This document shows positions 59,901 through 64,000 of a DNA stretch of 64,000 nt, piece by piece. The stretch is from an uncultured virus (IMG/VR IMGVR_UViG_3300008954_000038). Lineage: Duplodnaviria > Heunggongvirae > Uroviricota > Caudoviricetes. The DNA is taken from the IMG/VR virus record IMGVR_UViG_3300008954_000038; one strand, 5' to 3'. The translations under genes and the position numbers were made by a program. The stretch's first letter is position 1. Each line of letters begins with the position of its first letter. The notes under the pieces are model-generated. The model saw only the letters and a list, made by a program, of their open reading frames with translations. It was not told the DNA's origin and ran no database searches.

Positions 59901-60707
59901 TTTGGTGGTGAGTTAGTGCATACTAGTGAAACTTACGATATAACAGACGAAGACGGTAGAATAGTTTCTTCTATTATAAACATAGCGGGCTCTGATATAA
60001 TAGATACTTCTTACGAAAACGAAATAATATTTGGCTGTCAGACTAGAGGCAAGCCTTTTTGGTCTACGTTTTTAAAGACTACGAAAGAGTGGACTGAGTT
60101 TGAGATTGTTCCTTCTCCTTCGTTTGTTGATTCTCTTTCTTCAGATGAGGGCATGGGTACTTTGAACCAAATAAAGGGCTCTGTATCTAGGGTTACGACT
60201 TTATGCGAAAATAAGGAATTTTCTAAAGTAGATACTAGTTTAGGAGAGACCCATAGTCTTTGTGTTGATGGTGGGAACGGCATGGGGGTCAGTGCGGAAT
60301 TTTCTTACGAAAATTTATTTAATTTGCGTGACGGTGATGCTGTTATAGGTCCTGTGGCAGATAGTCATGAGATTGTTTTTGATCAAACTTTTGGAGGGCA
60401 AGGAACTCAGATATTTAAGATGGAGCCGGAATTTACTCAAGCTCTAGCTGTTTATGGTTCTCATGGTGTTGCAAGCTTCTCGAGGCTAGGGGGAAGTGCT
60501 GGTGATACACTGCATGGTTACGTTGGTCCTTGCATTCATAAGTGTTCTCCTAGGGCAGAGGCTGTTTTTAACGCTAGTGATGAACAGTTGGTTTTTGATT
60601 TGATGGCGGGGTCTAAAAAAAGAGCTCTTAGCTCTACTAGTCGTATGCCAAAATTAGTTGTTTTTACTGACCCGCAGACGGGAGAAAAAAGTTATAGGTA
60701 TGAATAA
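41976..60707 (+). CDS. Giant multidomain virion protein (6243 aa) with a LamG domain and repeated beta modules
   Basis: Uninterrupted 18.7-kb ORF. LamG-like segment at ~45068-45452 (FSVEFWV...QWVHVAV...LFVDG...LYDVRIY). Three ATVTT...H.L..GD.V.I.GATP..YN..F.V modules at ~46672-47050 and ~54895-55110. VEITNSGSDY..AP.ITI...VTNSGSGY repeat at ~58147-58312. Confidence 0.75.
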   Translation: MPLNAKNENENNIKFIEKFFDPNSAKYGPVNRNYPEFNYRLRMAEITDFWPYYSEMERESFETEAQYKARVNTSGRLFGNQFILLNDVIHNDVDISGAIWGDYYAGDVPEAMFYIERCELLEGGKEYEVHTKNLNDKNFILDSSPQVIFPINPDLSEDKGYYCYRRSSAVQKNNNKLSAIHSGWEKVAEFSNKDIKNYIDNLNLGDKDPVPHGFSFIDSGVSGYSGWTNELQTSYKVLDSGSVENVSDNLFYLRKSRTINYMSDPSKTYTLERKVGRASNNSTTNPPAWELVSPQAEFPYTDNEVLSDTVTGDIDFKVSGVYDVVKPAGSYAENGLDYFQVDMIEDWGKSEQKSYTFNQDSKELLFESGEALRIVQKANSYYSPPPVESRRILGTIETSFSPNSTGVSGSVTGADNAENFYRLEYQLIPKQREFKKLYYETGVFDNVSVGDRVFFNSGADQQGDYNPIETNFFGDSVDELDSRSPIAEEMGQARKEEYIGPSLVSGMFHTIEPKEAINNESSGLGWSHYSSGEKYLVVPKGGYSSLDFESDTSLVSYSAGEVRNTFYQGHQSWGDENTQYALTEYRSFDPVSNTEEPYVYNKEREIRISDQALCLGDSATELPDRKNPVKVFLLDFEYGSDQIFRNASILNIDSIDGSVDISNLKSNKEEYERKPNLFFEKEYIASLTILATGQKQDHDISTLKEMISTERGAGASVFYLERDIYIDSDITTQSNLVSPTVFSTGLGGASDPFILNENSINPLVRGEEKLYLTETYHKTPKEYPFTDSSYFIKRPAISETFEYKNDAGSEEKNFSLTNIESDWSYNPDNFSCSLGYGGSVNVDGYSVLSYRGVSLTGSASENDITKAGSTAGERDITFTPLNTGVYYEIQARYTDSSYNWTDVSPAIDIHDNTSFPIKLKNDIFTSSDTNLEIRALEWNKSHITTEINSQRLINESSDSLILKSEASNVFYDWSKFEHNITNNGSVTSLATSEGDIFPSVVSNVIDLSSVTDNSKYLSFSSHRSFSVQNGDFSVEFWVNSNNSYDSGRNNYIIKRANGFEASINSNNKIQFKIGGYTLSSSFAQNQWVHVAVSANFNKRKKQMNLSLFVDGNLKDSFFEPADDSKDPEVVYFGDLSSRGDGPLIIGQGFKGKLYDVRIYIGKSSYNKTIIKPAAPFEKEAKPRSYKILKYKSKREVSNQCDWIINKNTFNNVSSSSLWSYSDGPNAAEPFFMNEWVQAASTTEETNNRYNRALINYINGYAYNAPNNPHINKNYEGTPIEKASDLEPRIGKQGKIVFDNYKYIDKNASSNKEIQSAPYLYEYTKGNDLDIIRQRNKGGYDIALEDKSEEGAFAEGSRLRITKYVYKLYTKRAVVVADVGYKNNRGHQSGWAYQLQFSTDNGSTWSDVDSDSTSQAENIFYNNEYVVNPSPDGLGNISSFNSLPVVLLRSDITKKHRVDAMQFRVRKEQNISLGNSADRGKVLKKLNFLPLEVDIPSSGCLLDMTQQAEHSAVISDARWTEVKLDEKETYVLIKNSAEKILKPSNSISISSISEEDSGVATVTTGRNINVSTITESSGKATVTTSTVHLLKTGDIVSISGATPSAYNDYFAVTVTGGTTFTFSITEGTGNASGTIIANMPEPHLLKTGDVINITGATPAAYNDSFKVGVISDFTFTINITDGTGSATGTIIAYKTDVEKLQISTLSFNEGESNNNDNYYQDDSIVNTLSDLPDGQPIEFRGLTGLRISGDSLTSLESIKTVVGLKPSGLVLNRVEKSYKGKSSDSFIRTGEFFPLNYGETKAFITPSITGSHFDELDDFNKFADQPEDPTNGSLVNFSCQSYTTGDAQASIETGVSGVKFAPLNQFYNSPVITGSITVGKEDAGKTFITSGALTLTKTSTDNAYDITVANITNSNDLTTVGDPTMITAETPVPAATLENTDDIVIIQDSGRVKIDNGHNTQSTGIVNIFTGDSSNIVLDGTHVSANGGIAEKSNVVFVEHGKINLTKDDVGETIVVDCASDVVLPDGFSNTNDITFLNSTKYETKVSCENLSNTIGLASNKVDYIPKETARKYTYNSNSWSASDVDLVKFNQLNLTNSEFSATGNTIVHNEDVDIRITGTITNDTYVNIVRNQVNNFDIEDDLSDWSTPIIRVYIDGTLKHVAPSGSLGVRISKSAEGWKFKKIKPIVLNEVVVTPASGGKVFSYNGYEKSVSMRFSDGDYPPNFKVFLVSNQEFLTDINVGASSENESVKFLNKYGEDIGWSIDIPMDKLSVVSISKNPEGFNFTIKEEDQSNTYKFNQPNDSSTRVIINRNENFGLELPTITDDFLNERGFDLIFCNFSESFCASKTPTEDTSRLDSNIPSFKSRNYKYINPNVLETSYDRFKTTSKVKDSSIDINDGDFVLLDGSITDPRLKSFKTSSRTRKEHKFSMAKLERDINIWGETTKYITFDHNTNHFTLKNHELKTGQRLVFACDKLFVADHYYDASSSAFAGQNSTGQTINAGETVLIYSHYEENNYTLFVSKGGTSLKEESIEFPYSLMGLFETASQIEPGNLYEPDDLFVYINNLDKVYDFYDNDLGLTTEKSLSSRIDFELTINEEDDISVTKKQTFFVEVVDDNKFKLYKDSDRTTPLTKSNAISFLSETFYVENINVGSLNVINLGDSDIAIKNYSEEADIASPLGTLKEATLHQHSSSVYTSGDAVASGVYLATGWNGTSDTLDIDNLEGQNTVFLSGKFHAKGDLGSGPLDENGDPSNGFDNNYYVNVGLDEVVITNTEEYEEEYVWGTYEDERTVPTSHPTPISFGADSNSADLGWVAGQVVKVTEYDNEVSSFKASIVSYNNSTGAITLSSISHVGTAETSSNWIVNLVSVSKTLKKNRAYKHTGAGFLVEQDQNSSSANAGDIIYYPKNELHVLDRKYLGKNSQNQTYNFVFFKPDEHNDNLKIVLPDAWSNLSKVAVANLHNRQILVSNFTGDKSFTLNADSVVFMESATDYAGVNKSLFTGDSTDLKGLTISYDENAREASVEKDNVEEVYYITKPSDIIVDHSIHGGKKIFIDGPANFLRPYLNSKDGGTDYSGEKYDNQTAKPTSFQISNVSRDPVVVRINNKEAWGGTGNEETVASDSDKDQLIYPSQFYSVEINEFEIKEDEDVYFKHFTLERASSAADFFEYPGTNLNSAKTYNIFGVELPLKLNIYTSYLDTGDAEKINIVFPLEQNGAQVEADSYFKISGIGATDIPRLNIVNSVYEDIRISSVLIKGDAVVDEGVVLKNKIKKIFDDAQIPIQAAFKSYVISASDAEVTAMFNESFTPKLLGKNKAFSISLADMVDRVPSVNDLYSCSAFIYEWGVDENDEDIEVLGLPSELLATEEAFMSDLIKVSKRNVKELKKQTIDASLVDAVFSESSFSRSITSISDSFDIALPHRRLIGDKDFDFILTNASYSSVNVVFPEGFGTSFSIAKGEAKKVSYKQSSKAYQSETSVATEVLNKGLYSTDLDIFLVSEITTDSTPFKVKGSDSALNKVKVINNTGTTLHTQAMGGGDRKTISKNSYSRVAYKNNSVIEDAQDNNVPLTRIRDGAIVLGDSYINEVVLFNSDKIDLLDFTRKPLSTDKYFKTDIVPFINNTKFKRYSLTRTESSVGSYAVRNDKKNPDKNTIPHLNPIKLEANGNKSLIDISCYLFEFILENINGKVAYPNKDYDYVIKHNANFSCILYNGVTNFNDGTYFYKLDSGGKVVYGVDEEENKTLHTSYSAEGKPVFTVTQSGASVTAVKGQAYSDQKYKGSEFEWDLKWKDSPESKLFLYQKFYLNKASYNDKIIIFKDPFDIIYNTTNVNDDYYYNKASATRLVNISKESSCYKNLFLGGEGELLPEYYISASKNWQSDGVSFPVVRPKYNLSPDEDKLYVLRHLADVRQSSMSNLKIANVSRGAIKVGYLDKCDNELEWKIFSSERADFRTDDPWEPNQYDSSEGPINPNNEKRPLLKMATQIEDNHLPPTEADEPTKPTVPNRQDPLPEDACAEEQVYVKYSEVRKQDKRDWFIRLTDLDVPHFIRDNSYFDEKEHEMELKTKKFGRINVDYSGTRFKFSNIFGTNKMDFKEHQTGFQTIEDYDDPYKFGITLLSNRRGIQKKIFWEKDVSDKFFPVYLKLPWDMPKDIIAYMLSTGHERLSKCLHFNERNGEITLGGIQPDKCYSLASESLSSYDFVHDATQVDAPLSTSGSARHYHDKDYMRSLKSMIFRPKLIYNKKAYFSGEKITGGDLSEYKVTYPYFSTLSVSQFSAKGLEETSMEETRVQEKKQMQEDISDEARAEGRDIDIHTITESSGVATATTLDNHSIQNGSTITITGATPEVYNSSFEVTITGDKTFTFSIAEGTGDASGDLLAANIKDLDPIIFSWDKVTKDSHENDFLSGRVESIVDHHVSEKQELIQGRKIKDIKGFYEQEIWKGDNVGSVDEEGYVVQELNENYWKTSRFFKFVIPLKAGFTYSKQDSPEEKIIIRDKDENEKNIGLAEEGDIAEVTIQFTEEDVNKYVELPGLEYEVSASLTYNRSDLQTEGGTNVKVAQISLEPKDSMPFVADGYISSLNEDFASPDGDEYTTKSLDNLAKKYKNNEQDEEYKKISGSLMQLKDNQVYQSLKNNLGYSFVPLFGVTSGNNPMVGFSFNLKRNLNSYRAIRFRLKKLTDRRIVFDDLTKDDKIGPYLINNPDEANLQYRLNTSVNSIAYHDIAHPGGVATTPVQGWSDVVLSGSDLELPQCADGDGIVFKEDNGEIKAGKVYYVRLNNIDTANDKYKVDVLKIYCDSATSSAQGFDNSIKVNSDLTESGPAQKYKIVNYFNLDKKAGDEGHRGYTPVIDKLYPEGVGSADDQGLARGSTFNFPIIIGSKKFYLERALYKNPGDTTEFSTWADTVWERESSGFRVRANLEMSEIAQTFISDLGATEDMTTFLNPGSDWRDEDIFNGVKNLLYRSNSQVQLVNWYKSGESIIVKLNVELTKGKEYRCLFNNEKWTDDESYISSVSFDGTKKTASFCDVFTSSSGDLDIELNATKLGIKNEEQLDIFSETIGETQGNKNLILDHLKSRVCVVESAGFVDQTIKIDGDNLGVADYIDYQIPILNNTNDRGFGFLNPDSFYYTEEHNDIFTRGQRWDNLTREAAGLEGDSFNGLMYDGPLPADIKYIYPRTQVTEGKNQLDFLISNDFWDGFIDRFEVEDEYGSQSNRTKPKNIEFTLQQLVDEEWEDVKNSKNEIVSLTASQESRSGKTAYAKVSVPSDPGVISGATYRLVIINEEVEYYKEGKRHTFSNSSMRVPFSWKSVVFASEITSVKNVSRGDIYENNISLVENPTLQKSIAFPKEGVSKLGSYSYRKDHPYLGLRVPYTRRYMYRLDHSLNAIYRDKISQGGISRVEITNSGSDYRLAPDITIASPEEGTTATAKAYIESGKLKFIKVTNSGSGYSDLSKLNVNKFISSNWGRGAVVRKEWMIQAAKFTHNFTLNGTKVVTHDGIKNIVFGSLVSGTGIPLGTRVTKVNSSTEFEISDSATASGTQTLAIDRAERPMPYISLEDQFGVETADVTLKTIDPAKLPKSDPRYDNPCQESFGIDFDESEIIADYTDSYEGQDLAEDAISAVTNYVALIEGATEDPNWLEKSVDDKASLIGDLNAGENSSDVESKEISAYGQTTEDEYVDDIKGTEHPSVQGLYIAKEADEIEQTGTTVNDDGTCLREVFPSVSSGAAKAIVNNQSLAEYRVVENAVANTATPWLSSFSREENPSLPKGFGINPGSPLTSEVFNNYARAVNNMSLVGAYVPVFARVRKFRQYEYRYIDDMGGITFNVENPKEAGEEESGGGVLGYGTWEAESKINYIDFIDPNDRQYKTAWFSADFGNTIKYSDDVTKNITGQVYDTGIELYRDIDETDVAYNRRLKKRNLKIEDSSYKPDDIGLPTIVNIPKELGVFCNPKMKLKRNENVGKDVGIELPSLNNIRASVFGGELVHTSETYDITDEDGRIVSSIINIAGSDIIDTSYENEIIFGCQTRGKPFWSTFLKTTKEWTEFEIVPSPSFVDSLSSDEGMGTLNQIKGSVSRVTTLCENKEFSKVDTSLGETHSLCVDGGNGMGVSAEFSYENLFNLRDGDAVIGPVADSHEIVFDQTFGGQGTQIFKMEPEFTQALAVYGSHGVASFSRLGGSAGDTLHGYVGPCIHKCSPRAEAVFNASDEQLVFDLMAGSKKRALSSTSRMPKLVVFTDPQTGEKSYRYE

Positions 60708-61062
60708 AAAAGTAGAGTCAAGAGATCTTTACTCCTCTTCTGTGTACAGAGAGTCTGTAGATCATGTTTATGCTTCTAGGGAACCTATGGCTTTTAAAAA
60801 AATAAATAAACCTAAAGATCTAAAGATGCCGAAAGCAAGAGAGATGGCAAAGAATTTAGGGAAGAGTCTTGTTAAGACTGCTAAAGCAGCAATAAAGGGA
60901 GATAAGATTATTGCTTCTTCTGATTTAGCTCTCCAAAGAACCGCTATATGCAAGACTTGCCCTTGGTTTGATCCGAAGAGTCAAAGATGCGCTAAGTGTG
61001 GGTGCGTGGTGCCTATGAAGGTTTATTTTGAGGAAGAGGAATGCCCTATCAAAAAGTGGTAA
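60700..61062 (+). CDS. Small Cys-cluster (probable Zn-binding) protein, DUF6171-like; start corrected to 60700
   Basis: RTAICKTCPWF...RCAKCGC...K.....ECPIKKW; the ATG at 60700 overlaps the end of the giant gene. Confidence 0.65.
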   Translation: MNKKVESRDLYSSSVYRESVDHVYASREPMAFKKINKPKDLKMPKAREMAKNLGKSLVKTAKAAIKGDKIIASSDLALQRTAICKTCPWFDPKSQRCAKCGCVVPMKVYFEEEECPIKKW

Positions 61063-61800
61063 TTATATTTTCTTCAGTCTCCCTATTAGTTCAAAAGTTT
61101 TACTTTTTGGTATGTCGTCTATAGATTCAATATCTGTTGCTCCAGCAAAATCTTCTTGTATAAGTTTTGACTTGATATTATTAAACGAAATATTCTTTGA
61201 CTCCATTATTTTTTCAAGTAATTGAGAAGGGTTTGATCCGGCTTTGCTTGGAGCGGCCTTTTTATATGAGGCGGCAGAGTTTTTAGCTGATCCTCCTCCC
61301 ATCTCCTCTTGTCCGACTACATTGATCTTTAGAAAATTTCTAACGCATCTTACAAAGGCTCTGTTTTCTGCTGTGGCTGCTAAGAAGTTAGAAGCAAAGC
61401 TGTAGGTGTTATCTACGTGTGCATCTGCTAAAGCAGAAAAAATTACAGACTTATTATCTGTTTCGTAGTTTGGCGTCCAGCTTATGATACAGCTAGTGGC
61501 AAAATACTCTTGATTAGCCGCTACTACTTCGTAAGAAACAGAATTGAAACCTCTGATTTGAGCAAGCTCTTTAATTCCCCCAAGGAGAATTAACAAATCT
61601 CTATCTTCTAGAAGAGATACATCTGTTTCGTTTGTTTTTTGTTTATTTGGGACTAGGTACTCTTTCCTGACCATTTTTCTCCAGTTTACTGAACCGTCTT
61701 CATTGAAGACATAGTCGATAGGGGGGTTCTCTAGGAGGCCTCTTGAGTTTCTGGAGAGTTTCTCTGCATTGAGCTCAACTTCTTTGGCTTTGTCCGTCAT
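61063..61800 (-). CDS. Putative single-strand annealing recombinase (Rad52/Sak-like superfamily)
   Basis: ILLGGIKELAQIRGF...ALADAH..N...FLAATAENRAFVRCVRNFLKINVVGQEEM matches the A.AE.RA..R..R..L.I....EE annealase motif; low-complexity linker and a small helical C-terminal domain follow. Confidence 0.6.
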   Translation of the reverse strand: MTDKAKEVELNAEKLSRNSRGLLENPPIDYVFNEDGSVNWRKMVRKEYLVPNKQKTNETDVSLLEDRDLLILLGGIKELAQIRGFNSVSYEVVAANQEYFATSCIISWTPNYETDNKSVIFSALADAHVDNTYSFASNFLAATAENRAFVRCVRNFLKINVVGQEEMGGGSAKNSAASYKKAAPSKAGSNPSQLLEKIMESKNISFNNIKSKLIQEDFAGATDIESIDDIPKSKTFELIGRLKKI

Positions 61801-61808
61801 ATATCTAC

Positions 61809-61837
61809 AGTATAACTTAAACTTGGGTTTTTGTCAA
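61809..61837 (-). promoter_or_regulatory. Near-consensus sigma70 promoter TTGACA-N17-TATACT
   Basis: The minus strand reads TTGACA (61837-61832), aaaacccaagtttaagt, TATACT (61814-61809), gtagatat, ATG (61800). Confidence 0.85.
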
Positions 61838-63018
61838 ACTCTTTCTGTTATCCAGAAAAAATCCATTTCTTCCCAGAACTCTTTTTGGTCCAAGATTGGT
61901 ATTGGGTCCGGAGTGAAATTGTTGATAGTTATGTCGTTCAGGAATGCAGCTCTTCCCGGGTATATTTTATCCTCTTTTATTAAAAATTTTCTACTTCTGA
62001 ATGTTAGTTTGTCTAGTTGTAAATTTTCGTAATTTGGTAGAGACTTTTTATCTTTTTTCTCTATGATCATTATGGGTTTATTTAAATTTAGAATACTATA
62101 TTTAAGTTTTTTTAAATCTTCTCCTTCTAAGTCTGAGTATATAGAATTAGGAATATTGTTTCTTTCTAATTCTCTAGAGAAGTCAGCGTCGTATTCTTCG
62201 TTTCTTATTAAATATATAACTTGAGAAATTTTTTCTTGATTCCTAGTAAGGTAATCAATGGGTATAGTTTTGTTCGTAACTATTAGTCCGGGGTTAACGT
62301 TTAACTGTTCTTCCATTACTTTTAAATCGTAATGATAGTCCATTCTTATAACGTGTCTGTCTTTTGGTACTGGTTTACTGAAATTTGTTATAGCAGAAGG
62401 TATGATTTCTAAAAATTCATTATTCCATTTCGGCCCTATTTGAACTGTTTTATTTTTTATTTTAGCCTCAATCCCTAATAAGCTAAACACAGACTGCGCT
62501 ATTTTTTCTGGCGCTATCGTATCAATAGTCTTAGGCTTTTCTTCTGTTGAGAAAGAGTGCTTGAGTCCTTTTTTGTCGCTTTCGAGTAAGATGACATCTT
62601 CTTTTTTTGACCAAAAAGGCCCACAGTTTTGGACGGGGCTGTGAGAATATAGAGATACTATTTTCTTTTGGGATGCTGATGCTATATGTGTAGAGAAGGT
62701 GTCTGTACCTAGGTGAAGTAAGCCTCTCTTTATTAAGTAGGCTGCTTGATTAATACTCGTTTTTCCGCATAGGTCATAGCATCCTTCGAATACCTGTTCT
62801 TTTTCTGTTCCAAGCTGGACCATGTGTATGTTTAGCTTTCTGAGGACAGGGATTAGCATGGACAGTGTGTCTTTCCAGTAGCTATAATTTTTAGAAGGTT
62901 TAGAAAAGGGGCTAAAGGTTATATATTTATCGAAAGGTAGGGGAGAAAACTTTTCATAGATATAAGGTTTATCTATTTTTGCTCCAGAAGCTAAAGAGTA
63001 TTGTTCTACTAAGTGCAT
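61834..63018 (-). CDS. GT9-like glycosyltransferase C-terminal (nucleotide-sugar-binding) half plus an additional domain
   Basis: MHLVEQY...KYITFSPFS.PSKNY...MVQLG...DLCGKTSINQAAYLIKRGLLHLGTDTFSTHIASASQKKIVSLY corresponds to the second Rossmann domain of WaaF/RfaQ-type enzymes. Confidence 0.75.
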   Translation of the reverse strand: MHLVEQYSLASGAKIDKPYIYEKFSPLPFDKYITFSPFSKPSKNYSYWKDTLSMLIPVLRKLNIHMVQLGTEKEQVFEGCYDLCGKTSINQAAYLIKRGLLHLGTDTFSTHIASASQKKIVSLYSHSPVQNCGPFWSKKEDVILLESDKKGLKHSFSTEEKPKTIDTIAPEKIAQSVFSLLGIEAKIKNKTVQIGPKWNNEFLEIIPSAITNFSKPVPKDRHVIRMDYHYDLKVMEEQLNVNPGLIVTNKTIPIDYLTRNQEKISQVIYLIRNEEYDADFSRELERNNIPNSIYSDLEGEDLKKLKYSILNLNKPIMIIEKKDKKSLPNYENLQLDKLTFRSRKFLIKEDKIYPGRAAFLNDITINNFTPDPIPILDQKEFWEEMDFFWITERV

Positions 63019-63023
63019 GGTTT

Positions 63024-64000
63024 TTAATCGGTTAAATTTAAGGCTATGACATCTTTGCCATTATGTTGATAGTTAAAGAGTCTTTGTGTTCCTAGGTGAA
63101 GAAGGTAGGCTATCTCAAAGAACCCTTTATGTTTTCCTCTTCCTTCTAGCCATAGTAAGTCGTCCATTTTTGGGTCATAAGGTATAGTTTTATGGATAAA
63201 AGGGTTACCGTCTAATACTTCAAAATATTCGGGAGCGGTTGCGAAATAAATATTATAATCTTTGTATGTTTTTGCTAGACTTTCGAGAACAGACGTAGAC
63301 ATAAAAACGTCCCCTATGCTGCCGGGCATTACAGCTAAAAGCCTTTTACCTTCGTCGTCTTTATCTAGTAGTTCTTCTATTTTAAAAGGGATGTTTTCTT
63401 TGTTTTCTTCTTCTGCTTTGTTCCTGAAGAAGTTTTCTATGTTTTTTCTTGGTGTCTTGTTAGCTATCTGTTTCATCCAGTATTTATGTCCGTCGTTTGT
63501 TGGGTCAACGTTCATATTGAGTATATTCTTATACAAGTAGATAAGCCACTCGGAATCATCTTCAATACTGTTGGGGATCGTAGCCTTCGGGTTTCTAGCT
63601 TTCCATTCTAGGCTATTGAAATCGAAATCAGCGAAAGGAGCAGAGTCAATAAATTCTTCTATAATTTTACCTGTCACTTCTGTTGAGAAGTTTTTTATAG
63701 CCCATTCCCTTGCTTGCTTTCCAAGCTTGTCCCTTTCTTCTGGGAGCATCTTAAAAACCTTATCTAGGTTTTTAGCTATTGACTTAGGGCAGGTTGAGGC
63801 TTTTCTAAATTGTGTTCCTACTTCTCTGTACTCTGACCATTCTAAAGGTATGGACCCTGAGCCTTTTTCACAACTCTCTTCTCCGCAGCTATAGTTTGTA
63901 ACTAGTGTTATTAGTTCTGCTAGTTTGGCTTCTTGTATTGGTATCTCTTGGCCTCCGCTTGTAAATGGGTGACAATACACATCCATTAAGTTATAAATTT
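63024..64000 (-). CDS. Multidomain glycosyltransferase (GT4-like C-terminal domain, DUF4214-like helical domain, GT9 N-terminal half); 5'-truncated
   Basis: The frame is open to the window end (IYNLMDVYCHPFTSGGQEIPIQEAK, a GT4-type EX7E-region variant). WLIYLYKNILNMNVD...GHKYWMKQI is DUF4214-like. MPGSIGDVFMSTSVLESLAKTYKDYNIYFAT...VLDGNPFI is a GT9 N-terminal pattern. Confidence 0.75.
   Translation of the reverse strand, partial: IYNLMDVYCHPFTSGGQEIPIQEAKLAELITLVTNYSCGEESCEKGSGSIPLEWSEYREVGTQFRKASTCPKSIAKNLDKVFKMLPEERDKLGKQAREWAIKNFSTEVTGKIIEEFIDSAPFADFDFNSLEWKARNPKATIPNSIEDDSEWLIYLYKNILNMNVDPTNDGHKYWMKQIANKTPRKNIENFFRNKAEEENKENIPFKIEELLDKDDEGKRLLAVMPGSIGDVFMSTSVLESLAKTYKDYNIYFATAPEYFEVLDGNPFIHKTIPYDPKMDDLLWLEGRGKHKGFFEIAYLLHLGTQRLFNYQHNGKDVIALNLTD

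Noticed and set aside
1143..60953. Numerous 60-140 aa ORFs on the opposite strand or alternate frames within long genes (e.g. 1143-1358, 23371-23787, 52977-53297)
   Set aside because: They are fully nested shadows of long coding genes, with no recognisable motifs.

Overview
This window is a 64-kb, densely coding, AT-rich segment of a large, probably uncultured tailed dsDNA phage in the standard genetic code. No rRNA, tRNA, CRISPR array or transposase is evident. Positions 1-61062 (+) are a virion morphogenesis region. It begins with a 5'-truncated tail fibre ending in a Peptidase_S74-like chaperone, then a 2619-aa fibre with about 8-9% Cys, small fibre-associated proteins and two glycosyltransferases (GT25-like, GT9-like). 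Next come four probable neck/tail-completion genes, a tail tube gene (no sheath gene in the window, so probably siphovirus-like), two probable tail assembly chaperones and a 2063-aa tape measure protein. A very large tail-tip module follows, ending in a 6243-aa protein and a small Cys-cluster protein. Positions 61063-64000 (-) form a convergent block: a Rad52/Sak-like annealing protein with a near-consensus sigma70 promoter and two more glycosyltransferase genes that appear to encode one GT9 split across two ORFs. The most notable candidate system is virion-surface modification: four GT genes, strong [S/T]-G enrichment in particular tail proteins, and a fibre whose otherwise standard motifs carry Cys substitutions. 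Other highlights are DNA-level linker repeats suggesting cassette shuffling in both fibres and a recurring AGTGTAAT-N3-TA upstream motif that may be a late promoter. All family calls are by eye from motifs; no searches were run.
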